32,000 nucleotides of DNA from Calothrix sp. NIES-4105 (GCA_002368415.1 AP018290.1:10893121-10925120); one strand, 5' to 3'. Positions 1 to 8,946 are shown, numbered from the stretch's first letter. Numbers and translations are program-made. The notes: generated from the sequence alone by a model not told the origin.

Positions 1-2
1 GT

Positions 3-260
3 GAACTACCTTTTAACATCAAGTCTCCACGTTACGAAGACTATACCCGCGCGAAACTTGGTTTCCCTCAAATTATCTGGCAAACCGAAGTACGTCGCTA
101 TGTACCTCAAGAGAAGAAGGCAAAAGCTGGCGACCCAGCAAACTTCTTGTCTATGGCACAAAGTTACGGTCAAATTGGCAACAACCCACAACGCTTGTCA
201 CCTTTCAACGTTGACATTAACAAAGATGTTCCTTATCGTCAAAAATCTGGCATAAGATAA
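3..260 (+). CDS. C-terminal fragment of a protein truncated by the window edge; possibly a phycobilisome rod-core linker (CpcG-like)
   Basis: Frame 3 reads ELPFNIKSPRYEDYTRAKLGFPQIIWQTEVRRYVPQEKKAKAGDPANFLSMAQSYGQIGNNPQRLSPFNVDINKDVPYRQKSGIR and stops at 258-260. This is more protein-like than the frame-1 ORF in the track. Linker assignment is tentative. Confidence 0.4.
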   Translation, partial: ELPFNIKSPRYEDYTRAKLGFPQIIWQTEVRRYVPQEKKAKAGDPANFLSMAQSYGQIGNNPQRLSPFNVDINKDVPYRQKSGIR

Positions 261-503
261 GATACGCGCAAGCATAACATCTAAATATCTCAAAAATTGG
301 TCATTAGTCGTTAGTCAAGAATCAAGAGTTAAGAGTTGTACTTCAACTTTCAGCTTTCGGTTCAGGGCTTGAGACTAATGACCTTGGTTTTTAGTGGAAT
401 TAGGAATGAATGAAAACCGCTTTGGTTCTCTAAAAATTAAAATCGTTTATACAACCAGAATAATATTCTCATGCTAATAATGTGTGAAGGTGCGTGTAAT
501 AGG

Positions 504-695
504 TCATGATTTTTTAGGCTTTTCAGCTTTCCAGGTTCCACCATATACATAAAATGGGTTATCCTGACTAATTTTCTGCCAGCAATCAGGACATGTAAAT
601 ACCCAATCACCTTCTTCTTCGTATTTAACTCGGTATAAAACTGGTGCAGGTTGATTACAAAAGTGACAAGGTTTGACGCGCGCTCTGACTGCCAT
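504..695 (-). CDS. Small conserved hypothetical protein with two CxxC motifs (zinc-ribbon-like)
   Basis: 63 aa ORF with CHFCNQ and CPDCWQ motifs, 3 bp downstream of the 699-3389 gene on the same strand. Confidence 0.6.
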   Translation of the reverse strand: MAVRARVKPCHFCNQPAPVLYRVKYEEEGDWVFTCPDCWQKISQDNPFYVYGGTWKAEKPKKS

Positions 696-698
696 ATT

Positions 699-3389
699 TT
701 AATGGATTAGTATCGCTAATAGTACTATTATAGCAAATTCAGTAAATAATACCCATTTGTAGACTTTAATTTGCGTTTCTAACTGTTGAAGCTTGAGTAT
801 TAAGTCATTTACTTTTGGTCGCTGTTGTTTTTGTATAAATGTAGCCAAATAGTCATGAACAAGTTGATAGCGGTCGTCAGGATTTGCTGGAATTAAAACA
901 ACAATACCTGCTGCCACAAAAATATTTAAGACTATATCTAATCTACTGTCATCTATGGACGCTTGTTTCCAATTGTTATCGATAATTCTTAACATAAAAG
1001 CTTGTTTCAACTCTGAATGAGTTTTTGCAGGACGAATTGCTTTTTCGTCAGTGAGTAGATATAATAATATTTCTGCTATTTTTTGGTTCTCTTGACCACA
1101 GTCTTGAATAACTTCTTGTAAATAGCGTTTGACTAATTCTTGTTTAGGACCTCGCTGTTGATACTGTAATGATGTTGTAATATTTTCAGTTTCTAATTGC
1201 GCGCAAACGATTTGTAACTCAATTGGTCTTACTTCACCAAATTTAATCGCTAAGTCATCTACTAAACGTTCGATTAAATCTAATTCTAAATGGTGTTTGG
1301 AACGTTCGCTCAGGCGCCCAATTAGTGTTTTTGCATCGTTTGTTGAAAAATTACCTATCTCATATAGAACATTTTTACTCAAAACATCATAACTAATAAT
1401 ATTCATGCTGGGGATACGAATACATTCGAGTAAGTAATGCAAATAATCTTTTCGTAGTGATAAAATAACTTTTACTCCTAGTAAATTTAAACACTCACCT
1501 AAAAAATGAAAAAATTCATATCGCTGCTGATAAGTATTGTATTTAAACAAAAACTCCTCAAATTGGTCAAAAATTAAGACAAATTTGAAATTATATGACA
1601 AAGAGTCTTTGAGAATTTGCAGAAGCTTATCTGGTGTCACTTTCTCGGCTTTTTTATGAATTTTTGTTAGTAACACAAATGCCAGCGCGTTATCTAATTC
1701 ATCAACCCAGCAGTCATAAAATCGCATGTATACTGTGGTGATATTAATATTCGTTTTAATACTTGTTCGTTTTAAAGCCGGAATTAACCCAGCTTGTAGA
1801 AGCGAAGTTTTTCCAACACCAGAATATCCATGAATAACGATAAGTTTATGGTCAGGACGCATAATTCGCTCTAGCAACTGCTTAATATCTCGTCCTCGTC
1901 CAGAAGCTGTAATTTCCGGCGCCAGTGTTTCTTCTAATGATTTATTATCTACAGCATCAATAATTTGCGTTAAACTTGACTGTGGTTTGCGCTGTGCTTG
2001 GATTTTTCCGGCGCCGATAAAAGCTCGAAACCCATATTGTTGTTCGGTCGAACGTATTTCTAACTTACATTTGTAAGCTTCTAAATAGCGGTTTTGTTTC
2101 CAATAAACAGCTTTTAATAGCTGTAAAATTTGAATATATTGAGTTGGATTATCTTTGTTACCAAGAGAACGTGCTTGTAACAAATGTTTGATTGCACGCA
2201 GCGTTTGTCCTAATTTGAGTTCTGAAGATGCAAGCAATAATAAATATAATCCTTGATATTGTGCTGCTGAATCTTTAGTACTATAATGTAGTGCTTGATA
2301 TGCATCTTGCTTTGCCTTCTTCCAAAGTCGTTTACTCAAAGCAACTTCTGCTAAAAAACCATAAACGCGCGCGACTCGTGTAGAGTTACCATAAAGCTTT
2401 TGTAAATCTAAAGCATTTAAAGCCAGACGCTGCAAATCATCCCAAGCTTCTAAACGTTTTAGTGTTTCACCCAGTGGGTTAATAAATTTAGCAACTAAAT
2501 TTAGATGATTCGCTTGGGTAAATATATCAATACACTGTTCAAAAAAGTTTCTTGCTTGCTTTAAGTACTCTTGTGAGTTTGTAATATTCTCAGATTTTTG
2601 ATAATAACACAAACCAATATGAAAAAATAGTATCCCTGCCCGCATTTTGTTAAATAATGTTTTTTCTTGCCTCCAATAAATTAAACTACGCTGGAGATAA
2701 TCTAAGGCAGTATCGATTTGATTATTTAAATAAGCTTGTTGACCGCGCACAAAATCTACACTTGCTTTTAATGAGGGTTGGAGATGGTACTGTATTAACT
2801 GTAAATCATGATGATATCTAATAATTTCGTTACGACGTATGTATCCTATTTGCCAACCAATAGAATATGTATCTGATGCTAGTGCAACTTCAAAAATAGC
2901 ATTGGTGTCACGTTTTAATTGTTTGATTAATTCATCAGTTGTAATGGTAAACTCTATCGTGGTAGCCCAACTTTCAAAATCACTCGATAATCGCATCATT
3001 TTGCCTAAAACTTCGTCGTTAACCCACAAAACAATCGGGAAATTAAAGTTTTTACGGAATTCTTCGCGAATTAGGTTTGTTGCAATTATTAATTGATCTA
3101 AATTTGATACATATTCTAAACCCCATACCATGATTGCTTTTGGTTGCTTTGGTAGAAGCGTTTCAATTTTTTTGTATAAGCTGTTTTCTGTTTTCCTCAA
3201 GCTGAGAACAGGAATTTTAGTGTTTGTTAGTTTTTGCAAGTGTTTGTACAGAACTGAGCGTAATAGAACGTAGTTACAGCGTGCTAGGATTAATCTGAAT
3301 TCATCTTGTGATGCTGAAAGTGTCCATGCTAGCTCTTCTAGCGCTGGAGAAATTTCTAGATGGGCGCCGATTTCTTTTTTGTCTGGCAT
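699..3389 (-). CDS. TPR-repeat / STAND-type (nSTAND1-like) NTPase with a C-terminal transmembrane helix
   Basis: 896 aa. Walker A HGYSGVGKTSLLQAGLIPAL, Walker B FKFVLIFDQFEEFLFKY, TPR-like helical repeats before the NTPase, C-terminal hydrophobic segment VLFTEFAIIVLLAILI. Confidence 0.8.
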   Translation of the reverse strand: MPDKKEIGAHLEISPALEELAWTLSASQDEFRLILARCNYVLLRSVLYKHLQKLTNTKIPVLSLRKTENSLYKKIETLLPKQPKAIMVWGLEYVSNLDQLIIATNLIREEFRKNFNFPIVLWVNDEVLGKMMRLSSDFESWATTIEFTITTDELIKQLKRDTNAIFEVALASDTYSIGWQIGYIRRNEIIRYHHDLQLIQYHLQPSLKASVDFVRGQQAYLNNQIDTALDYLQRSLIYWRQEKTLFNKMRAGILFFHIGLCYYQKSENITNSQEYLKQARNFFEQCIDIFTQANHLNLVAKFINPLGETLKRLEAWDDLQRLALNALDLQKLYGNSTRVARVYGFLAEVALSKRLWKKAKQDAYQALHYSTKDSAAQYQGLYLLLLASSELKLGQTLRAIKHLLQARSLGNKDNPTQYIQILQLLKAVYWKQNRYLEAYKCKLEIRSTEQQYGFRAFIGAGKIQAQRKPQSSLTQIIDAVDNKSLEETLAPEITASGRGRDIKQLLERIMRPDHKLIVIHGYSGVGKTSLLQAGLIPALKRTSIKTNINITTVYMRFYDCWVDELDNALAFVLLTKIHKKAEKVTPDKLLQILKDSLSYNFKFVLIFDQFEEFLFKYNTYQQRYEFFHFLGECLNLLGVKVILSLRKDYLHYLLECIRIPSMNIISYDVLSKNVLYEIGNFSTNDAKTLIGRLSERSKHHLELDLIERLVDDLAIKFGEVRPIELQIVCAQLETENITTSLQYQQRGPKQELVKRYLQEVIQDCGQENQKIAEILLYLLTDEKAIRPAKTHSELKQAFMLRIIDNNWKQASIDDSRLDIVLNIFVAAGIVVLIPANPDDRYQLVHDYLATFIQKQQRPKVNDLILKLQQLETQIKVYKWVLFTEFAIIVLLAILIH

Positions 3390-3397
3390 TGATTATA

Positions 3398-3425
3398 TTA
3401 CCACAGAGACGCAGAGTACACAGAG
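3398..3425. repeat. Outer inverted repeat, left copy (TTACCACAGAGACGCAGAGTACACAGAG)
   Basis: Reverse complement of 5073-5100 with 3 mismatches. Confidence 0.85.
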
Positions 3426-3443
3426 AGATGTTTGTTTAATTAA

Positions 3444-3469
3444 CCACAAAGGACACAAAGGACACAAAG
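3444..3469. repeat. Inner inverted repeat, left copy (CCACAAAGGACACAAAGGACACAAAG)
   Basis: Exact reverse complement of 4888-4913. Confidence 0.9.
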
Positions 3470-3485
3470 AGAAGAGAGAAGATGT

Positions 3486-4853
3486 TTATGGGTAGGAGGG
3501 GGTGTTTCCTAATTCTTCTGCTTCTACTAATATTGGGTTTACGTCAAACCAAGATTCTCCGTTATAGTTACGGTATTCAAAGACTAAACGACTGTGAATG
3601 AGTGTTTGATAATCTTTATCACCGCCAACTTTTTTGCGTATACGGACTTGTCGCAGTAGTTCCCATTCTTCATCACTAATTTGCATTGTCATTTCGTTAC
3701 GACGTGAACGAATTAAAGCTTCGAGAGTTTCTCTTTGCAAGGGCAGTGTTCTTTGGCGTTGAATCCAGTTATTTAATAATCTGAGTAAGTCACGTACATG
3801 ACCACCACTGATTTGACATAAACGGTCTAAACTTTGGGGTGTGTCAAAAATCTTGGTAATTCGACTCAAACGTGTACTAGCGTCTAAATTCGGAAAAGCA
3901 CGCACCAATACCATTTGACGCATCAATTCCATACCAGGTTCACAAGAACTACCATCTTTGTAATGTACTGGCACCATTGGCAACACTCTTGCATCTTCTG
4001 GAAAGCGTTGTGTCAAGTTGTTGTAGTCGTTCGAGAACTTCAGAGCTAACGGCATTGTGTAAACTACATGACAATTCAGCTTGGTTAAATACTCGCTTTG
4101 GTCGATAAATAAATACTCTTGTTGCGGGCGCCCCCAAGGTTTGACACGGTTGTCGATGCGGTCGAGGTTATCAATGATGACGACAAGTCCATTTTTACCG
4201 CGCTGTTTCAATTTTGTAGTGGCAGGTTCTAACAACTCTTTATTTATCGCTTCCAAAAGCTTACTCTTTTGAGGCGCCAGATACTGATTGAGTCGTTCGC
4301 GTAATGTTGCGTCACCTTTAGTTCGGGTTGTAATTTCGCCAATTCCCATAGAGAGTGAAAACTTTTCTTTCTCCGAGTTAAAACCGATATCACCAACAAC
4401 CGGAATTTTTGCTTTTATTCCTGTAACTTCTGCATTCAACACTTTCCAGGCGCCTTGAAGCAATTCCTTAAGTTTATCAGGTTCACTTAACTTGATATCA
4501 ATCAAACTCTGGCTGACGTGACGTGCAACAGCTAACAAAAAATCACCAATATCCACATCTGCCATTTCCAAGTCTTGACTTGACTCAAAGTAAACTACAT
4601 AAAAATTTTCTTTTTCCAATTCTGATTTTAGTTGCAATAATTCGGTAGATTTACCACAGCCAATATGACCAGTAAACAACTGACAAGTTGGTTCTTCAGG
4701 AGAGAAAAAAGTAATATTATCTCTCAACTCCTCAATAATCTTACCACCTCTAACCGTAGAAAAATCAATATATAACTTCTGGTCTTCAATATTATCAAAA
4801 GCCAGCGTTTTACTAGGATTAGTCGCCTGATAAAAAGCACGTAAATCTACCAT
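3486..4853 (-). CDS. P-loop ATPase (AAA/ORC-like fold)
   Basis: 455 aa. Walker A FTGHIGCGKSTELL, Walker B-like GLVVIIDNLDRID, 96 bp upstream of the STAND gene on the same strand. Confidence 0.75.
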   Translation of the reverse strand: MVDLRAFYQATNPSKTLAFDNIEDQKLYIDFSTVRGGKIIEELRDNITFFSPEEPTCQLFTGHIGCGKSTELLQLKSELEKENFYVVYFESSQDLEMADVDIGDFLLAVARHVSQSLIDIKLSEPDKLKELLQGAWKVLNAEVTGIKAKIPVVGDIGFNSEKEKFSLSMGIGEITTRTKGDATLRERLNQYLAPQKSKLLEAINKELLEPATTKLKQRGKNGLVVIIDNLDRIDNRVKPWGRPQQEYLFIDQSEYLTKLNCHVVYTMPLALKFSNDYNNLTQRFPEDARVLPMVPVHYKDGSSCEPGMELMRQMVLVRAFPNLDASTRLSRITKIFDTPQSLDRLCQISGGHVRDLLRLLNNWIQRQRTLPLQRETLEALIRSRRNEMTMQISDEEWELLRQVRIRKKVGGDKDYQTLIHSRLVFEYRNYNGESWFDVNPILVEAEELGNTPSYP

Positions 4854-4860
4854 TCTTCTA

Positions 4861-4913
4861 TTCCTTCCTTCCTTTCTTTCTTTCTTTCTTTGTGTCCTTT
4901 GTGTCCTTTGTGG
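4861..4913. repeat. Polypyrimidine microsatellite (TTCC/TTTC)n followed by inner inverted repeat, right copy (CTTTGTGTCCTTTGTGTCCTTTGTGG at 4888-4913)
   Basis: Read directly from the sequence. Confidence 0.9.
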
Positions 4914-5072
4914 TTCGTCATCTAAATAATTCAGTAAATTTACTGTTTACAAATACAAAAAAGCAATAATACTTACATAAAAAATAGATAATCAGAACTT
5001 AATATAATGGTATATTTTTTATCAGCAAAGTGTTTAGTCTATAAAAATACATCTACCAAAAATACTTCTCAT

Positions 5073-5100
5073 CTCTGTGTTCTCTGTGCCTCTGTGGTAA
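5073..5100. repeat. Outer inverted repeat, right copy
   Basis: CTCTGTGTTCTCTGTGCCTCTGTGGTAA pairs with 3398-3425. Confidence 0.85.
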
Positions 5101-5136
5101 AAATTATTTATACTCCTACAGAGGCATAAAGCAACA

Positions 5137-6399
5137 ATGAGTAACATTACCTGGGCGCCAAATAATAAACGGCGTATCAAAGCAATCTTAGTAGTTATCT
5201 TCGTATGGAGTGCAGTAAGTTTGATGCACTTAATACCCGTGACACAGTGGATAATAATAGGATTAACAATAATTTTGACTTGGCAAACAGTAAGAATGCT
5301 AGTTGCAAAACCAAAGACTTTGGCGCCATCCCAAGTTTTACCTACAGTATCAATCTTGGTTCCAGCTAAAAATGAAAGTGCTGTCTTACCTAATATCGTT
5401 ACAAGTTTGTTCAACCTAGACTATCCAGCTTCACATTTAGATATTTGGGTTATTGACGATGGCAGTACAGATGATACCCGTGAATGCTTGAATAAACTAC
5501 AGTCTCAATTTCCAAAACTACAAATTCATCATCGACAATTTTCTAGCGGTGGCAAATCTGGTGCCTTAAATGCAGTATTTCCACGTTCCACAGGGGAAAT
5601 TATCCTCGTTTGTGATGCTGACGCACAACTTCCCATTAATTTTCTACGGCAAATAGTTTTCCTGTTTGAAAACGAAACAGTTGGTGCTGTGCAGGTACGC
5701 AAAACGATTGCTAACCGTAATGTTAATTTTTTAACTCGCTGTCAGCAAATGGAAATGAGTTGTGATGCTTGGTTACAAACTCATCGTATTGCAGTTTTCG
5801 GAATGACTGAACTTAGAGGAAGTGGCATGTTTGTACGTCGCCATTTGCTAGAAAAATGTAATGGTTGGAATGAGAATACCGTTACCGATGATTTAGACTT
5901 GACATTTAGACTTTATATAGCAGGAAGCGAGATTGAATTTCTTACGGCGCCTACAATTGAAGAACAAGGAGTAATAACCTTAGAACAACTTTGGCATCAA
6001 CGCTATCGTTGGTCACTTGGAGGTTATCAACGCTATTTAGATTATTTTCCGCAAATACTAACTTTAGGTTGGAATAAAGAAATAGATTTATTATTATTTT
6101 TATTACTACAGTTTATCTTACCAATTGGACTAATCCCTGATTTACTCTGGACAATTTTTTATAGTCACCATCCAGTTTTGTTTCCGCTTCAAACTCTTCT
6201 GGGTATAATTCTTACTATTGGTTTCGTTACAAGCCTATACCAATTCCAAAATTTACGCGGATGGTCTTTATTATCGGCAACGCTTCAGGGTTCCGTTTAC
6301 ATGCTGCACTGGATACCAGTTATGATTCTGACCACTCTCAGCTTATGTATAAAGCCTTCTCAGTTAAACTGGGTAAAAACAGAGCATTATGGAAATTAA
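5137..6399 (+). CDS. Membrane-bound family 2 glycosyltransferase (BcsA/NodC-like)
   Basis: 420 aa. VPAKNE start, DDGSTDDT, CDADAQ, TDDLDLTFRL, QRYRWSLGG (QxxRW), and N- and C-terminal TM segments. Confidence 0.9.
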   Translation: MSNITWAPNNKRRIKAILVVIFVWSAVSLMHLIPVTQWIIIGLTIILTWQTVRMLVAKPKTLAPSQVLPTVSILVPAKNESAVLPNIVTSLFNLDYPASHLDIWVIDDGSTDDTRECLNKLQSQFPKLQIHHRQFSSGGKSGALNAVFPRSTGEIILVCDADAQLPINFLRQIVFLFENETVGAVQVRKTIANRNVNFLTRCQQMEMSCDAWLQTHRIAVFGMTELRGSGMFVRRHLLEKCNGWNENTVTDDLDLTFRLYIAGSEIEFLTAPTIEEQGVITLEQLWHQRYRWSLGGYQRYLDYFPQILTLGWNKEIDLLLFLLLQFILPIGLIPDLLWTIFYSHHPVLFPLQTLLGIILTIGFVTSLYQFQNLRGWSLLSATLQGSVYMLHWIPVMILTTLSLCIKPSQLNWVKTEHYGN

Positions 6400-6401
6400 T
6401 T

Positions 6402-8117
6402 ATGCTAGACCTGATAATTAAAAACGGTTTAGTTTTTGATGGCTTAGGAACGGCGCCTGTTCGTAGAGATATTGGTATTCAAAATGGGCAAATTGTCAAT
6501 ATTGCTTCATCGTTATCTATGGAAGCACGTGAAATGATTGATGCAACTGGGTTATGGGTAACACCTGGTTTTATCGATATTCATACGCACTATGATTTAG
6601 AGGTGGAGATTGCACCAGGACTAAGTGAGTCGGTACGTCATGGTGTTACAAGTGTAGTCATTGGTAATTGTAGTTTATCTGTAGCAATCGGGGCGCCGCA
6701 AACACTAGCAGATATTTTTCAGCGAGTTGAAACGCTTTCGCATCGACTAATTGAGAAATGGTTACAAAAATCTGTATCATGGCAAACTCCCAAAGAATAT
6801 TTACAGCATTTACAGCAGTTGCCATTAGGACCAAACGTAGCTGCAATGTTTGGACATAGTGCATTACGCGCGCATGTTATGGGGTTAGAACGCAGTTTAA
6901 AAGCTCAACCCAATGAACAAGAGTTAAAAACAATGCGGGATATTGCAGCAACTGCATTAGATGCTGGATTTATTGGTATCTCTATAGATATGTTTCCTTG
7001 GCATTTAATGAGCGGTGAATGGAGTGGTTGTACGATTCCATCGCAACATGCTCAATATAAAGAATACGTAATGCTGGCAAATTTGTGTCGTCAACGCGAT
7101 AAAGTCTTTCAGGTAACTCCCAACTTACAGCGACTTGCTTCGTTTTGGGAGATCTTTCGGATGAGTCTAGGAAAAAAACCTTTGCGCTTAACTGTACTTT
7201 CTGCTTTAGATGCTGTCCACAATCGTAAACTATGGCGGGTTTTCTCTCCTATCCTATTTATTTGGAACCGAATATTTAGAGGTAATGTCCGGTTTCAAAC
7301 TTTAACAGAACCTTTTACTATTTATTCCAACGGTTCAGTTACACCTTTATTTGAGGAATTCAAGAGTGGTGTACAACTCAATGGTTGTCAGTCAAGAGAA
7401 GAACGTCAACAATTATGGACATCACCTGGTTTTGTTTCCCAATTTCGGCGAGACTGGTGCAATAAATGGCGCCAATCATTTCATCGTCAGTTAGAACATA
7501 TGGAAATTGTAAGTTGTCCGGATGAAATATTTTGGCAGGGACTAAGTTTTGCCGAAGTCGCGCGTAAAAAACAGCAAGACCCTTTAGATTTTTTTATCGA
7601 AGTACTACAGTTATATGATACAGATTTACGGTGGGTCGCAACAGGCGCCAATGACCGACTCGAACCAAGAAAAGCGATGATGGCACATCCCCATATTTTA
7701 CCTGGATTTACTGATGCAGGGGCACATGTGCGAAACCTAGGATATTATGATGGCGCCTTGTCTTTACTTAAACAAGCTGTTGTCACACAATTTATGAAAC
7801 CAGAAACAGCCATTCATCGTGTTACCGGAGAACCTGCTAACTGGTTTCGTTTAAATACGGGAGTAATCAAGATTGGCGCCAAAGCCGATATAATTATTAT
7901 CAACCCTGATGCACTCAATCAGCCAATTAGCCCACAGGTAGAAGTTTTTGACCCAGTACTCAATGGTGAACTGCGAATGGTCAAACGTGGTTCAGAAGAA
8001 ATTATCAAAGCTGTATATATAAATGGAGTAAAAGTTGTTGAGCAGGGTAAACCAAATGAACGCTTAGGTCAAGAACGACTGGGAACAGTTTTATATAATA
8101 AATTAACAAATGACTAA
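6402..8117 (+). CDS. Amidohydrolase, N-acyl-D-amino-acid deacylase/D-aminoacylase family
   Basis: The track start at 6261 overlaps the GT2 gene; ATG at 6402 is in frame and gives MLDLIIKNGLVFDGLGTAPVRRDIGIQNG. Metal motif DIHTHYDLEVE; also IGNCS, TDAGAHV. Confidence 0.85.
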   Translation: MLDLIIKNGLVFDGLGTAPVRRDIGIQNGQIVNIASSLSMEAREMIDATGLWVTPGFIDIHTHYDLEVEIAPGLSESVRHGVTSVVIGNCSLSVAIGAPQTLADIFQRVETLSHRLIEKWLQKSVSWQTPKEYLQHLQQLPLGPNVAAMFGHSALRAHVMGLERSLKAQPNEQELKTMRDIAATALDAGFIGISIDMFPWHLMSGEWSGCTIPSQHAQYKEYVMLANLCRQRDKVFQVTPNLQRLASFWEIFRMSLGKKPLRLTVLSALDAVHNRKLWRVFSPILFIWNRIFRGNVRFQTLTEPFTIYSNGSVTPLFEEFKSGVQLNGCQSREERQQLWTSPGFVSQFRRDWCNKWRQSFHRQLEHMEIVSCPDEIFWQGLSFAEVARKKQQDPLDFFIEVLQLYDTDLRWVATGANDRLEPRKAMMAHPHILPGFTDAGAHVRNLGYYDGALSLLKQAVVTQFMKPETAIHRVTGEPANWFRLNTGVIKIGAKADIIIINPDALNQPISPQVEVFDPVLNGELRMVKRGSEEIIKAVYINGVKVVEQGKPNERLGQERLGTVLYNKLTND

Positions 8118-8523
8118 AAATCTCAGAAATACTATAAATAATAATATCAAAGACCATCCATTTACAGAATACTGGGACATATTTGTTCTTAAACATCAGC
8201 ACCCTATAAACATCGCCTTTCATATTCTAGGAATATTTGTATTTTACAGTTTACTATTAAGCACCGTTTATTTCCACAACGTTTGGTTACTCTGCGCTTT
8301 ACCTCTCACACAATTAATAGGTTTGACTGGTCATTTATTATTTGAACGCAGCCATATTGATATACAAGATGCAGTCTTCACTTTGCGCGCGTCTCGTTGT
8401 CTAGGAAAAATGCTATGGAGAGTTATACTAGGGAAATATAAACAGGACGTTCAACAACGGTTGGATGTATTATGTAACTTTTCACATACTTACCCCTTAT
8501 CGGCGCCAAGGGATTGCGAGTAA
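8110..8523 (+). CDS. DUF962 / Mpo1-like small membrane protein whose C-terminus appears to be replaced by out-of-frame GNAT-derived sequence
   Basis: ORF with WDIFVLKHQHPINIAFHILG and TM segments; 8 bp overlap with the previous gene. The last residues (TYPLSAPRDCE) are encoded in DNA that resembles an intact GNAT gene in another frame. Confidence 0.7.
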   Translation: MTKNLRNTINNNIKDHPFTEYWDIFVLKHQHPINIAFHILGIFVFYSLLLSTVYFHNVWLLCALPLTQLIGLTGHLLFERSHIDIQDAVFTLRASRCLGKMLWRVILGKYKQDVQQRLDVLCNFSHTYPLSAPRDCE

Positions 8524-8718
8524 AATGATTGTATTGCTCTTAGGGACTTCCAAAAATTAAATTTTCCCAGAATGTGGGATGGGCATCCTGCCCGTCTCAT
8601 ATACAGGGCGGGCTTTTGACGCCCACCCCACAATAAAATTTTGGGTATTTAATTGGAAGTCCCTTAGAGGACATTCTAGGGTACTTTATAATTCTATAAA
8701 AAACTAGGTTTTACTGAG
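8484..8718 (+). pseudogene. Decayed GNAT acetyltransferase fragment, interrupted by a MITE-like element
   Basis: 8495-8530 matches 24862-24897 at 33/36 and encodes PYRRQGIASKMI out of frame with DUF962. 8684-8718 matches 24953-24987 at 31/35 (FYKKLGFTE-like with changes). Confidence 0.8.
8537..8669. mobile_element. MITE-like fold-back element, core ~121 bp (8543-8663) flanked by TTA direct repeats
   Basis: Terminal inverted repeats CTCTTAGGGACTTCCAA (8537-8553) and TTGGAAGTCCCTTAGAG (8653-8669), 16/17 complementary. Inner inverted repeat TGTGGGATGGGC (8573-8584) / GCCCACCCCACA (8621-8632). No ORF. Confidence 0.8.
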
Positions 8719-8946
8719 TTTTTTTGTTAACATGTTGTAATAAAAACAATCAATTTGCCTATAAACAAGGTTTCTTTACGTAAGTCCTAATATTAAGATT
8801 TATCTAAATTTAAGTATATTTACTGAATAGTATCAGTAATAATAACTGTTAAAATCTAAATATACGGTAGAGCTTGTTGACAATGCTGCAAAATGCAAGG
8901 TAAATGTATCATTACAAGCATTGTATAACCATTACCATTCTCAATT

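Noticed and set aside
1-255. Track ORF, 84 aa on the + strand, frame 1
   Set aside because: Frame 3 over the same DNA has a more protein-like sequence ending at 260; frame 1 is Thr/Leu-rich noise.
4861-4913. Short tandem units (TTCC/TTTC, TGTCCTT) as a CRISPR-like array
   Set aside because: Units are 4-9 bp with no unique spacers; a microsatellite plus the inner inverted repeat explains them. No CRISPR array was seen anywhere in the window.
5034-5414. 126 aa minus-strand ORF upstream of the GT2 gene
   Set aside because: Overlaps the 5' part of the GT2 gene, which has strong motif support, and covers the outer inverted repeat.
6658-6864. Antisense or shadow ORFs within coding genes (also 2839-3096, 3949-4137, 4081-4272, 8005-8223, 10188-10370, 10448-10684, 10869-11063, 12846-13079, 12934-13200, 16345-16542, 19041-19298, 19471-19680, 20978-21175, 21462-21671, 22805-23050, 29580-29822, 29810-30097, 30736-31005)
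   Set aside because: Each overlaps a well-supported gene on the other strand or in another frame and has low-complexity or non-domain sequence.
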